A stretch of 64,000 bases of DNA from Mustelus asterias (Eukaryota): NCBI RefSeq assembly GCF_964213995.1, contig NC_135811.1:51274001-51338000 (forward strand), written 5' to 3'. The translations under genes were made by a program, and so were the position numbers. Of this stretch, positions 40,016 to 53,475 are shown in pieces; the first letter of the stretch is position 1, and each line of letters begins with the position of its first letter. The notes below the pieces were generated by a model that had not been told where the DNA came from, did no database searches, and was given only the letters and a program-made list of their open reading frames with translations.

Positions 40016-40308
40016 ATTTGATTTGATTTATTATTGTCACATGTATTAGTGTATAGTGAAAAATATTATTTCTTGCACCCTATGCAGACAAAGCATACCA
40101 TTCATAGAGAAGGAAAGGAGAGAGTGCAGAATGTAGTGTTACAGTCATAGCTAGGGTGTAGAGAAAGATCAACTTAATGCGAGGTAGGTCCATTCAAAAG
40201 CCTGATGGCAGCAGGGAAGAAGCTGTTCTTGAGTCGGTTGCTACGTGACCTCAGACTTTTGTATCTTTTTCCCGATGGAAGAAGGTGGAAGAGAGAATGT
40301 CCGGCGTG
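40016..40308 (-). mobile_element. Rex1/Babar LINE 3' end
   Basis: LLPSGKRYKSLRSRSNRLKNSFFPAAIRLLNG; tail TGTGACAATAATAAATCAAATCAAA. Confidence 0.85.
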
Positions 40309-40918
40309 CATGATATATTGACTTAACAAAAATAATCCCTGTCTTGAAAGCTGCAATTATCGCAGCATTCACAATATGTTGGGGAAGAAAGTTCCACGTT
40401 TTTACTGTGTGCGAAGGCACCTCCTGATTTCACTCCTGAGTGGCCTATCTATAAACGTTAAGGTTAAGCCACTGTTCTTCATTCCGCACCACAGAAAATT
40501 GTTTCTTCTTATTTACCCTATCAATGCTTTCGACATTTTAATTAACAGTTCAGTCTCCTTTACTCAAGCCAATACAAACTAAGTTTGTGCTGTCATCATA
40601 ATTTAACCTTCTCAGCCATGGCACCATTTTGATATTTTTGAGAAATGTGGGGCACCATGTAAATGCAAGTTCCTTCTACAAGCTGATATTCCATTTATTG
40701 ATAGTAGTTCATGCATACATGTGTTCAGAACTGTAATACTAACGGAACTCAAGAATCTATAGGCTATTTGTGCTGCAGCTTTTGTTCGATTTGGTCAGCC
40801 CTGAATTTATTCTACCTTGGAGAATAGTTCACATTGCCTTTCAATGTCTTCACTTTGGTCTTTGAGATTCCTGCACAACTCCTTACTGCAAGTGTGACAC
40901 AGTGCCTTAGAATATATA

Positions 40919-41212
40919 TCATAGAATCACAGAATCCCTACTGCAGTGTAGAAAGAGATCATTCGGCCCATTGAGTCTGCACCAACTCTTACCCAGGCCC
41001 TATCCCTGTAACTCCATGTATTTTACCACACTAATCCCCCTAACCTCCATATATCTTCGGACACTAAGGGGTAATTTAGTATGGCCAATCCACCTAACCT
41101 GCACATCTTTGGACTCTGGGGGGGAATCGGAGCACCCGGGTGTGTCAAACTCCACATAGTCACCCAAGGCTGGAATTGAACCCTGGATCCCTGGCACTGT
41201 GAGGCAGCAGTA
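40919..41212 (-). mobile_element. V-SINE with internal deletion
   Basis: Reverse complement of the consensus. Confidence 0.85.
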
Positions 41213-41917
41213 CGAACTTGTCCACTCTTTGAATCGTACAGGTTGGTCACTGTCCATCAGTGTGTTCTTGTGGCTTTTGGCATTGCTTACATCTTTTGAA
41301 ATGGTGTAGCAGTGGTTTGTACCCAGTTAAAACAATTACACTGGATTAATGTCTGATTTATTCTCCATGCTATTGTTGTCATTTATACAATGCATTGTAT
41401 CACTGCATGTAAACGTGGGCTTTTAGTCTTATTTACAGTCATTTTTATTTCAGTAAAATATATTGCCAAGTGACTTTTTCTTGACAAATACATGAATAGG
41501 ATGGAAATAGAGGGATATGGTCCCTGGAAGGGTAGGGGTTTTTATTTCAGTCGGGTGGCATGGTCGGTGAAGGCTTGAAGGGCCAAAAGGCCTGTTCTTG
41601 TGCTGTAATTTTCTTTGTTCTTCGTATGATGGGTCTCTTTGATAGTTTGTTGCGTAATAGTTGATGATTTATATTGTACTGAGATTCTAGCACATTATTC
41701 AAGCTGAAAGCAAGTTAATTACCATCAGGTTATTGTAAATAATGAAGCAATGTAGATGGATACATTGACCTTTTAAACCTTTATCCTCAGTCTCGAGTCT
41801 ATTTTATTGAAGCCTACACCACATTAATTGTATGTAACATCTCATAAGCAATATTAATTGTTTATTGTTTGATGGAGCTCTCAAACTTCTTTACAGCAAG
41901 AAATCTTTGATATCCTT

Positions 41918-42459
<542 letters not shown>

Positions 42460-42625
42460 TAGGGGATTGTTTCCATGTTCATTAATAGATGAAAATGTGT
42501 AATTAAGCTGCTTACAACCTATTTTAAGAATAAATAGCATACTGTTATTTTGATGACCATAGTTTAATTAGAAGGTATTCTGTACGTACTGAACATTTTT
42601 TTAATAAATCCATTGCTTTAGAAAA

Positions 42626-42899
42626 TAGCACTGCTGCCTTACAGCGCCTGGGACCCGGTTCGATTCCCGGATTAGGTCACTGTCTGTGTGGAGTCTGCAC
42701 ATTCTCTCCGTGTCTGCGTGGGTTTTCTCCGGGTGCTCCAATTCCTCCTACAGTCCGAAAGACGTGCTGGTTAGGGGCATTGGCCATGCTAAATTCTCCC
42801 TCAGTGTACCCGAACAGGTGTCAGACTGTGACAACTAGGGGATTTTCACAGTAACTTCATTGCAGTGTTAATGTAAGCCTACTTGTGACAATAATAAAT
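42626..42899 (+). mobile_element. Alternative-tail V-SINE
   Basis: Ends CTACTTGTGACAATAATAAAT. Confidence 0.88.
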
Positions 42900-43146
42900 G
42901 AATATTTGTGGAGTGGTCATATCAGTAATAAGTTCTCTGAGCTGAGTGCAAGGTGGATTAATTCTGCAATATGTACGATCCCCAGGATTTTATTGTTGCA
43001 CATAAGGATAATGTTTAACCATTATCGCTGAGCAATGAACTGATTGGGCAGATCGCTTGATCATTATGGTACATGTGAGACTTTTCTTTCCATTTATTTA
43101 ATGAAATTATTTCAGCTCCATTACAGTGAGTCACATGAATTTACTT

Positions 43147-43784
43147 AGAGTCATAGAGGTTTATAGCATGGAAACAGGTCCTTCGGCCCAACTTGTCCAT
43201 ACTGGCCAGTTTTCACCACTAAGCTAGTCCCAATTGCCCGCATTTGGCCCATCTCCTATACCCATGTAACTGTCTAAATGCTTTTTAAAAGACAAAATTG
43301 TACCTGCCACTGTTACTTCCTCTGGCAACCCATTCCAGACACTCATCACCCTCTGTTTGAAACAATTGCCCCTCTGGACACTTTTGTATCTCTCCCCTCT
43401 CACCTTAAACCTATACCCTCTAGTTTTAGACTCCCCTACCTTTGGGAAAAGATATTGACTATCTACCTTATCAATCCCCTCATTACTTTATAGACCTCTA
43501 TAAGATCATTCCTAAGCCTCCTACGTTCCAGGGAATAAAGTCCCAGTCTATCCAGCCTCTCCTTGTAACTCAAACCATCAAGTCCCAGTAGCATCCTAGT
43601 AAATCTTTTCTGCACTCTTTCTAGTTTAATAATACCCTTTCTATAATAGGGTGACCAGAACTGCACACAGTATTCCAAGTGTGGCCTTACAAATGTCTTG
43701 TACAACTTTCACAAGACGTCTCAACTCCTGTATTCAATGTTCTGACAAATGAAAGCAAGCATGCCGAATGCCTTCTTCACCATC
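43147..43784 (-). mobile_element. CR1 3' fragment with long flanking duplication
   Basis: YKTFVRPHLEYCVQFWSPYYRK; direct repeat at 43106-43136 and 43785-43815. Confidence 0.9.
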
Positions 43785-44224
43785 ATTATTTCAGCCCCAT
43801 TACAGTGAGTCACATAAACCTATTTGGGGTGATTACAGACTGTACTGTACAGAAACAGGCTATTTGACCCAAATGGTTTATGTCATTGTTTATGAACTGC
43901 ACAAGCCTCCACCCATCTTTCTTCATCTAACCCTGTCTGCCTAACCTTCTAGTCTCACGTTTATTCAACTTCCCATTAAATTTATCCATGCTATTCTCCT
44001 CAGTCACTCTTTATGGGAGCACGTTCCACAATTCTTTCTGAGATCTTTGTGTAATTGTAAGGGTACTGTTTTTGTAGTAATCTTAGGCCTGAACCTGCAC
44101 TGTAATAATTTTCTGTTATGGGACTGCCTGGAAATATTAATACAAGTCCAGTGACTCCTTTTCTTGACTTTCAAAACATTGTATCATCTACGCAAAGCTA
44201 TTTTCATTGCGGAGTGTGCACTTT

Positions 44225-44516
44225 AGAATAGAAATCATAGAATCCCTACAGTGCAGAAGAAGGTCATTCAGCCCATTGTGTCTGCACCGACCACAATCCC
44301 ACCCAAGCCCTATCCCCATCACTCCACATATTTACCCTGCTAATCCCCTGACACTAGGGTCAATTTAACATGGCCAATCAACCTAACCCGCGCATCTTTG
44401 GACTGTGGGAGGAAACCAGAGTACCCGGAGGAAACCCAGTGACCCGAGGCCAGGAATCAAACCCAGATCCCTGGCACTGTGAGGCAGCAATAATAACCAC
44501 TGTGCCACCGTGCCAC
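44225..44516 (-). mobile_element. V-SINE
   Basis: Reverse complement of the consensus, with an internal deletion. Confidence 0.87.
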
Positions 44517-45011
44517 CAGGCGGCAACAGAAATAGAATATTATTAATACGGCAAATGCAAAATAATAAGAAATCTGATGATTACTGTTGCAACATTGATG
44601 TACCTAAGGCATGCTGTACAACAGACAAACCTTAGTTATACTGCAGCTGCACCTTCCAGTGGGTTAATGGTGAAGGAATTTTGACTGTAAGTGCTTAGAC
44701 ATTTGCTCACTGGGGGCTAATGTTATAGTGAAGAGGCTGCAAACAATAGTGCTGTTTTTCTCAAATCCTTATTGATTTTTCAGCTTTGTCCTAATGCAAA
44801 TGAATCATTAGGTTAGAAAGGACAGAGAATTTTCTCATCACTTAGGTTTCACATCTCTTGTTTGGAAATCAGAGCATGTTGATCAGTCTCCAACATTTTT
44901 ACAGCAAAATAATCTGATAATGACAATGCTAAGAATTAGAAATTAAAAAAAATATTTTTGCTAAGTTAGTGTAATGAATTAGTGTGGCGTATTTTTGCCA
45001 AATTAGTGTCA

Positions 45012-45321
45012 GGTGGTGTAGTGATTAGCTACTACTGCTGCCAGCACCAGGGACCCGGGTTCAATTCTGGCTTCAGATGACTGTGTGGAATTTGCACTTT
45101 CTCCCCGTGTCTGCGTGGGTTTTCTCCGGGTACTCCAGTTTCCTCCCACAGTCCAAAGATGTGCAGCTCAAGTGGATAGGCATGGAAAATTGCACTTTAG
45201 TGCCAAGGGGACCAACAGGATAAATATATGGGATTATGGGGAATAAGGCCTGGGTGGAATTGTTGTCACTGAAGGCTCGATGGGCTGAATGGCCCCCTTC
45301 TGCACTGTGGAGACTCTATGA
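45012..45321 (+). mobile_element. V-SINE
   Basis: Consensus head, core and tail. Confidence 0.87.
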
Positions 45322-45749
45322 CCATGCCAAAAGGCTGTAATGTCATACAGAAGGCAGCTGCTTCAACCAATAAACTGAACGGTGATCCCCAAATCTGTCC
45401 TTTGGTTGACCATTATGCTGGTCTCACCAGATGTGGCTGTGCCACCCATATACTGGGTCCCACTTGAAGGCATTGAGAATAATTAAAGAGAGAGCTTTTG
45501 CATTGCAATGGCCTGGCAAGAATGGTCAGAGGCTCCAACCTCACAAAGCCAATCCTATATTCATAGATGCTGTTCTGGACCCAGCATACCAGGCTTCTGG
45601 CCAAGTTTCTCTGCATTCTGTGGAATTTTCACTGAAGTGATGGTGAGCTAGGGTTTTTTAGGATGACCATGCATTTTCAGTACCATTTCTTCCAGAACAC
45701 TATCTGCAAGAATGTGATTCAGTTGAAAGTGTTGCAGATTTTTAAAACA

Positions 45750-46007
45750 CTTGGTTCACTGTCTGTGTAGAGTTTGCACATTCTCCCCGTGTCTGCGTGG
45801 GTTTCCTCCGGGAGCTCCAGTTTCCTCCCACTGTCCAAAGATGTGCGGGTTAGGTGGATTGGCCATGCTAAATTGGCCCTTAGTGCCAGGGGGACTAGCT
45901 AGAATAAATGCATGGGGTTATGGGGAGAGGGCCTGGGTGGGATTGTGGTCGGTGCCGACTCGATGGGCCGAATGGCCTCCTTCTGCACTGTAGGAATCTA
46001 TGATTCT
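45750..46007 (+). mobile_element. V-SINE, 5'-truncated
   Basis: Core and tail present. Confidence 0.87.
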
Positions 46008-46196
46008 AATTGGGCACAGTGTGTGACAATACAGTAACTATTTGATCCAACAACTGGGTCAAATGTTTTGAACAAAATTCTCATCAAATTCCTGTCCGAT
46101 TTTCCTGTTTATATTGCCTCTTAAGATGGCAATTTTTAATTTGAGTTGATTAAATATCTTGCAGAGTTTCTTTTTCTTATGCTTTGCAACACAGGG

Positions 46197-46560
46197 AAGG
46201 CGATGGCCTAGTGGTATTATTGCTGGACTATTCATCCAGAAACTCAGCTAATGTTCTGGGGACCTGGGTTCGAATCCCGCCACGACAGATGGTGGAATTT
46301 GAATGCAATAAAAAATATCTGGAATTAAGTATCTACTGATGACTATGAAACCATTGATGATTGTCAGAAAAATCCATCTGGTTTATTAATGTGCTTTAGG
46401 GAAGGAAATCTGCCATCCTTAACTGGTCTGGCCTACATGTGACTCCAGAACCATAGCAATGTGGTTGACTCTCAACTGCCCTCTGAAATGGCCCAGCAAG
46501 ACACTCAAGCTCAAGGGCAACTAGGGATGGGCAATAAATGCCCATGTCCCATGAATGAAC
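46197..46560 (+). mobile_element. tRNA-derived SINE with L2-type tail, full length
   Basis: A/B boxes TGGCCTAGTGG and GGTTCGAATCC; tail aagggcaactagggatgggcaataaatg...ccatgaatgaa. Confidence 0.85.
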
Positions 46561-47053
46561 AAGAAATTGCATGATCTTGAAAATCATGTTTTACAGATGA
46601 TTTTGAAAATGGCTTCCCAAAGTTTATTTGCATTCTTTTTAGAATGTCACCTTTTCTATAAATATGATGGAGATCTCGGTTTTGGAAAGTAAAGGCAATG
46701 CAGTCGATTCGAGCATTCTATTACCATGATTATATTGCACTTACATTGTCCCAAAACTGAAGAGTTTCGGATCTCCAGAGGAGTGATTGGGTGAAATCTA
46801 GATAGTCAATCGGAAGGAAGGAAAGTCATCATCGACTGTTTTTGCAAGACGTCTTTGGGCTGGGTGTGGAGTTGCTCAGGCTTGGTGAGCTGCTTATCTG
46901 CCCCTCTAATCAGCCTGGTAATAAAGGTGGGATGATTAGTAAGCAAAACACAGAAAAATAAGTGTTACAAACTATGAGTAAACAAATACATTAAAAGCAC
47001 AACCTCCGAAAGAGTGGACTCATTTTTAACAGCAAAACAGCACAATAACGGCA

Positions 47054-47400
47054 TGGTGGCACGGTAGCATAGTGGCACAGTGGATAGCACTGCTGCCTCA
47101 CAGCTCCAGGGACCTGTTTTGATTCCCGGCTTGGGTCACTGTCTGTGTGGAGTTTGCACATTCTTCCCATGTCTGCGTGGGTTTCCTCCGGGTGCTTCGG
47201 TTTCCTCCCACAGTCCAAAGATGTGCGGGTTTAGGTGCAATGGCCATGCTCAATTGCCCCTTAGTGCCCCGGGATGCATAGGTTAGAGGGGTTAGTGGGG
47301 TAAATATGTGGGGTTACAGGGATAGGCCCTAGGTGGGATTGTTGTCAGTGCAGACTCGATGGGCTGAGTGGCCTTCCTCTGCATGGTAAGGTTTCTATGA
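47054..47400 (+). mobile_element. V-SINE
   Basis: Consensus match. Confidence 0.88.
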
Positions 47401-47917
47401 TAAGCAATAAGATTGACACAAAACTTCTGAAATTGGCTGTCGCAGTTTTGAACTTTGGTTTTGCCAGGCCATTGGTATCTCTGTCACTGAACAGCCCCGA
47501 GGAGGGGATCTTGCAGATGGCAGTGATCCCTTGTGCCTGTGCCGTTCAATTTTGAACAATTCAAACGCAGTATGTTGTGCCACATTTCAGCGTCTGATTA
47601 CCATAGAAGCGAAGAGCATCATAAATTCTGGATTTCTTTACAAACAGTATAATGAGGATAGCTATTGGAGCCACTTGATATCCAGGCCAAATTCCGAGGA
47701 AGCTCTCAATCTTGCTCATTGTCATGGAGATAGTAGCAAAATTTTTAGAGAACGTCAACCAGGGGGACTGAACAACAACAGCTGCAGTCGTACCCGAGAA
47801 AGAATGAGTAATGATAATGGCCTTGAAGAGGAGCAGTTACAATCGCAGAACAGAATTAAGATGATTCTGTGTGAAACCAAGCCCTCAAGTAAAACCAGAG
47901 CTCGGAGTCTCTTTTTA

Positions 47918-48225
47918 ATATTCATTCATGGGATCTGGACATTGCTGCCTGGACCAGTGTTGATTGCCCATTCCTGAGGGCAATTAAGAGTCAACCACAG
48001 GCCAGACCAGGTACGGGTGACAGATTTCCTTCCCTAAAGGAGATGAGTGTTGTTTTTTTTTTACGACAATCGATTCATGGTCATCATTTAGGTTTTTAAT
48101 TCCAGATTTTTACTGAATTCAGATTTTGCTATCTGTCATGGTGGGATTCGAAGTTGGGTGCCCAGAGCATTACCCTGGGCCTTTGAGTTACTAGTCCAGC
48201 AACAACACCATTAAGCCACCACGTA
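47918..48225 (-). mobile_element. L2-tail SINE
   Basis: Reverse complement of the 46197-46560 family. Confidence 0.75.
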
Positions 48226-48913
48226 CCCTATCTTAGGGATACAAATTCACTTCACTGATGCATGGTGAAAGGCTCTATTACTGTTTTAGGAACATTCCAA
48301 GCATTAATGTTGCAAACTTTGTTACCTGGGATTGAAAATGAACAGTGCTTCTTTTTGTTTTTAATTCCTTCCTGGTGTTTGGGTGTCACTGGCTAGGTCA
48401 GTATTTTTGTTGCCCGTCCTTAGAATCCCTTGAGAAAGTGGTGGTGAGCCACCACCCTCAACCACTGCCATGAGGTTACGTGGGGTTCATACTCAATATT
48501 GAGGACTTCCAGGGCAACTCGCTCCCGACTGTATTCCACTGTGCTCTCATCTCTGGTGGGTCCGTCCAGCTGGTGGAACAGGGCATCTCCAGGGATAGTG
48601 ATGGTGCTGCCTGGAAATATTGGCTGAAAGATATGATTTGATGAGTATGACGATATCAGGCTGTTGCTTAACTAGTCTGTGGGACATCTCTTCCAATTTT
48701 CGCACAAGTTCCCGATGTTAGTGAAGAGGACTTTGCATGGTTGATAGGACAGGATATATTTTTGTCATTTCGGTGCCTGAGTTGATGTCTGTGGTTTATC
48801 CATTTTGTAAGATAGTATATATTCTTATTTGGTTTTTCGGTACCAATATGATACAAGTGAGTGACTTACAAGGGCATTTCAAAGTCCATCACATTGCTGT
48901 GGGCCTCATAGAT

Positions 48914-49557
48914 TCATAGAAATCATAGAAACCCTACAGTACAGAAAGAGGCCATTCGGCCCATCGAGTCTGCACTAACCACAATCCCACCCAGGCCCTA
49001 CCCCCATATCCCTACATATTTTACCCGCTAATCCCTCTAATCTACGCATCCCAGGACACTAAGGGGCAATTTTAGCATGGCCATTCAACCTAACCCGCAC
49101 ATCTTTGGACTGTGGGAGGAAACCGGAGCACCCGGAGGAAACCCACGCAGACACGAGGAGAATGTGCAAACTCCACACAGACAGTGACCCGAGCCGGGAT
49201 TCGAACCCAGGTCCCTGGAGCTGTGAAGCAGCAGTGCTAACCACTGTGCTACCGTGCCGCCCCTTCATAGAAGAGAATCCCTACAGTACAGAAGAAGGCC
49301 TTTCGGCCCATCGAGCCTGCACCGACAACAATTCCACCCAGGCCCTATCCCTGTAACCACACATAACCTAACACTTAAGGGCCAATCAACCTAACCCACA
49401 CATCTTTGGACTGTGCGCAGAAACCGGAGCCCCCCGAGGAAACCCATGCAGACATGGGGAGAACATGCAAAAACTATACAGCCACCCCATGCCGGAATTA
49501 AACCCAGGTCCCTGCCCCTGTGAGGCAGCTGTGCTAACCACTGCGCCAATGTGCCAC
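48914..49557 (-). mobile_element. Two tandem V-SINEs (48914-49262 and 49266-49557)
   Basis: Reverse complement of the consensus, twice. Confidence 0.88.
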
Positions 49558-50309
49558 CTGGAGTCACATGTAGGCCAGACCGAGTAAGGACAGTAGATTT
49601 CCTTCCCTTAAGGACATTACTGAACCAGATCAATTTTTATGACAATCCGGTAGTTTCGTGGTCACTGGTACTGAGAGTAATTTTTCAATCCAGACTCATT
49701 AATAAATTAAAGTTCTCCCTGTTGTTTTGATGGGATTTGAACTCTCATCTCCAGAACATTTGTCCAGGCCTCTGGAATGTTCACCCAGTTATATTTACCA
49801 TTGTGCTACCATTTATAACATGCCTGTCTACCAGGCTGTTCATTGACTTGCCGAATTTTGGGTATCCCTGGGTCGATTTGCTGAGTTCCCTCCTCTGATG
49901 AAGTGTTTTTGCCTGAAGGTGTTGCCTGTGAGACAGGCACCTCGCCCTTATCAACAACTGGGACAATATACCTATCACCATCTCATTTAGAAGCTGGGAC
50001 TATTGATGCTGCACTGCCTTACCCGACAAGGTTGCAGTTAACTTGATTAGAGTTTCAGTACAATAGAAATAGGTTAGAATACTCTTGATCGTACTAGGCA
50101 GAAATAACACTGAATTTTACCCTGATCTTAACCATAGAAACTTGCATCAAAATTTCCCGACAATCTTCTCAACAAATGTCCAGAAGATTAAAAACAAAAC
50201 TTAAAAGGCTGGAAATCCATGAACACAACGGGGGGTGCGAGAGAGTGGAACTTTTGCCATTCTCCTTCTTTAAGTTGCTCTTTATCTTGTCGATATTTGA
50301 AAAAAATTG

Positions 50310-50860
50310 TGAAGCCACTGAACCACCATTAATCTACAAGATGCACTGCAGCAAATCACCAAGGATCCTTAGGCAGCACCTTCCAACACACAACCACTTC
50401 CATCGAGAAGGACGAGGGCTGCGGATGCACAGGAACAAGATGTCCAAAGATGTGCGGGTTAGGTGGATTGGCCATGCCTAATTACCCCTTAGTGGAGACT
50501 AGCTAGTGTAAATGCATGGGGTTATGGGGATAGGGCCTAGGTGAGACTGTGGTCGCTGCAGATTCGATGGGCGGAATGGCATCCTTCTGCATTGTAGGAT
50601 TCTATGATTCTAACACCACTACTTGCAGGTTCCCCTCCAAGCCACTCACCATCCTGACTTGGAAATATATTGCCGTTCCTTCACAGTCGCTGGGCCAAAA
50701 TCCTGGAATTCCCCCCCCTTAACGGCATTGTGGGTCAACCCACAGCACGTGGACTGCAGCGATTCAAGAAGGCAGCTCACCACCACCTTCTCAAGGGCAA
50801 CTAGGGATGGGCAATAAATGCTGGCCAGACAGCGACACCCATGTCCCATGAATGAATGAA
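50310..50860 (+). mobile_element. 3' end of an L2-like LINE (probable partner of the TGAA-tail SINE), with a V-SINE tail nested at about 50440-50611
   Basis: IYKMHCSKSPRILRQHLP...KSWNS..DSRRQLTTTFSR; ends with the same aagggcaactagggatgggcaataaatg...tgaatgaatgaa as the SINE. Confidence 0.75.
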
Positions 50861-51208
50861 AAATAGTACTCGACTAGCATAGGATATTTAGGAAAATATT
50901 AAATTGATCAGCTGTCCTCCTTTTTAGTGCATTAGATTCTGATGCGATTTAAACAAAACATTTGAAATGACAGTAAACTCCCAGACCATGCAAGTCTCGG
51001 TCAGAATTGAAACAAAAACTGAAAAGGTCATTACAGAACACAAGAAAAAGTGCTTTATGTCCTGCTGCATTTCGAAATTTAAGCCTCAGATAGAACTTCG
51101 ATACTTGTAAGACATTTAGGTTCTCTGTGTTTTTGTTTGGCGTTGGGGGAGCCATGTTTACCAGGCTGATTCCTGGGATGGCAGGTCTGTCATATGAAGA
51201 GAGACTGA

Positions 51209-52482
51209 GGGCCTGATTTCACCAAAACTTCCAGGCGTAAAATCGCGGTAAAGTTGGGCGTCGGGCCTATACCATGATCTGCACCCGATTCCGAGCAGAT
51301 CGCGGCTTTACCGACACCCGATTCGGGCGCAGGTCCGGCACTTGCTCGAATTGGGTGGCCTGACGATTTAAATGCATTCGCATGCATTTAAATTGACTTA
51401 ATGAACCGCGCGCCCAACTCTACCGCCAAATCCCACTTTACCGTCTTCTGGCCCGATCCGCGTCGCACTGTTACCGACCTGCAAAACAAAAGTCTGAAGT
51501 CACCGCCGCAGCTTCCGAAGAGCGGGGTCAGAAACTGCAATGGCTCTCTGACCCAGGCCATCCTCTGGTCGGGGTGGGAGGAGGAGAGGGGGTGTGACGT
51601 CTCATCCTCTGGGGGTGGGGGTGGGAGGGGAGGGGGTATGACATCTCATCCTCTGGGGGGGGGCCGGGGGGGGTGGGAGGGGAGGGGGTATGACTGATCA
51701 TCCCCTGCGGGGGGGGGGGGGGGGGGGGGGGGTTGGAGGAGAGGTGGTGTGACGTCTCATCCTCTGATCGGGGGCTTCCACTGCCTGTCTGCAGCCGATC
51801 CCTCCTGGTACCATCACTGGTTCACTACCAGCCACAGATTACTCTTCCCTGCAGGTGTGAGAGAGTGGGAGAGATGGCTGTGGCTGGCAGTGTACCAGTG
51901 ATGGTGCCAGGAGGGATCGGCTGCAGACAGGCAGCGGAACCCCCCCAACCAGAGGATGAAACATCACACCCCCTCTCCACCCCCTCTCCTCCCCCCCCAG
52001 GGGATGATCGGTCACACCCCCTCCGCTCCCAACCCCCCCAGAGGATGAGACATCACACCCCCTCTCCTTCCGCACCCCCCCCGCAAGGGATGATCGGTCA
52101 CACCCCCTCCGCTCCCAACCCCCCCAGAGGATGAGACATCACACCCCCTCTCCTTCCGCTCCCCCCCACCCCCCCCCCCCCCCCACCGCAAGGGATGATC
52201 GGTTACACCCCCTCCCCCGACCAGAGCATGAACGTCAGAGAGTCGCTCTCTCCACTTTCTGCTTATTCTTTCGCGCCTGGATGCGCGCTGTCAGATTTTT
52301 TTCGAACTGCGCATGCACAGTTCAGAGCTCCGATCGGTCCGCCAGCACTAAGCCCCGGCCACGGCGCGGATCGGGCCGGAGCCGGCAAAACACGTATGGG
52401 TGTGCTGGAAAGAGGATTCCAGGCACGGATCTATTTGACGCCCAGATCCAGCACTTAGACTCAAAATGGTAAAATTCCCCCC
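51209..52482. mobile_element. 1.27-kb CpG-rich non-autonomous Harbinger-like element with internal fold-back minisatellite
   Basis: Splits CR1 (gagac-TGA | TAA-gtcggttagg); imperfect TIRs GGGCCTGATTTCACCA / TGGTAAAATTCCCCCC. Confidence 0.75.
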
Positions 52483-52726
52483 TAAGTCGGTTAGGATTGT
52501 ATCCACTGGAGTTTAGAAGAGTGAGAGGGGATCTCATAGAAACTTATAAAATTCTAACAGGGTTAGACAGGGTAGATTCAGAAAGAATGTTCCCGATAGT
52601 GGGGGGTCCAGAACTAGGGGGTCATAGTTTGAGGTCTGAGGTAAGGAGACATTTTTTCACCCAGAGAGTGGTGAGTGTGTGGAATTCACTACCACAAAAC
52701 GTTGTGTGATTTCAAGAAGAAATTAT

Positions 52727-53062
52727 TCGGAAAAGCAGCCAGCATAATTAAGGACCCCACACACTTTGGACATACTTTCTTCCACCTTCTTCCATTGGGA
52801 AAAAAATACAAAAGTCTGAGGTCACGTACCAACCAACTCTAGAACAGCTTCTTCCCTGCTGAAGCTACTGTCAGACTTTTGAATGTACTTACCTCGCATT
52901 AAGTTGATCTTTCTCTACACCCCAGCTATGACTGTAACACTACATTCTGCACTATCTCCTTTCCTTCTCTATGAACAATATTCATTGTCTGTACAGTGCA
53001 CAAGAAACAATACTTTTCACTGTATACTAATAAATGTGACAATGATAAATCAAATCAACTCA
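52727..53062 (+). mobile_element. Rex1/Babar LINE 3' end
   Basis: Same family as 6858-7405; tail tgtgacaatgataaatcaaatcaa. Confidence 0.85.
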
Positions 53063-53134
53063 AAAAGATATAGCTCTTGGGGCTAAAGGGATCAAGGGAT
53101 ATGGGGGCAAAGCGGGATCAGGATTTTAAAAAAG

Positions 53135-53475
53135 TTATTAATGGGATGTGAGCGTCGCTGGCTGGGCCAGCACTTTTTCCCAAACCTAACTGTCCTCCGT
53201 TTCAGAGGGTATTTAACTGCATTGCTGTGGGTCTGGAGTCACATGTAGGCCAGACCGGGTAAGGATGCCAGATTTCTTTTCCCGAAGGGCATTAATGAAA
53301 CAAATGGGTTTTTACAAGAATTGACAATGGTTTCATGGTTGTCGTTGGACTTTTAATTCCAGATTTTTTATTGAATTCAAATTTCACATCTGCCGTGGTG
53401 AGATCTGAACCCAGATCGTGCCCTGGATCTCTGGATTATTGGTCCAGTAACAATACCACTACGCCACTGCCTTCC
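53135..53475 (-). mobile_element. L2-tail SINE
   Basis: Reverse complement of the 46197 family. Confidence 0.78.

Larger units (their letters stand above)
51153..53110 (+). mobile_element. CR1 3' fragment with nested MITE and Rex1
   Basis: tttaccaggctgattcctgggatg at 51157; resumes at 52483 (YPLEFRRVRGDLIETYKIL) and at about 53065. Confidence 0.85.

Noticed and set aside
47531-47977. 148-aa ORF
   Set aside because: No recognisable motifs, non-ATG start, and it runs into a SINE.
51940-52220. Regularly spaced repeats as a CRISPR-like array
   Set aside because: Intervening sequences are themselves repeated low-complexity units inside a eukaryotic transposon; no cas genes.
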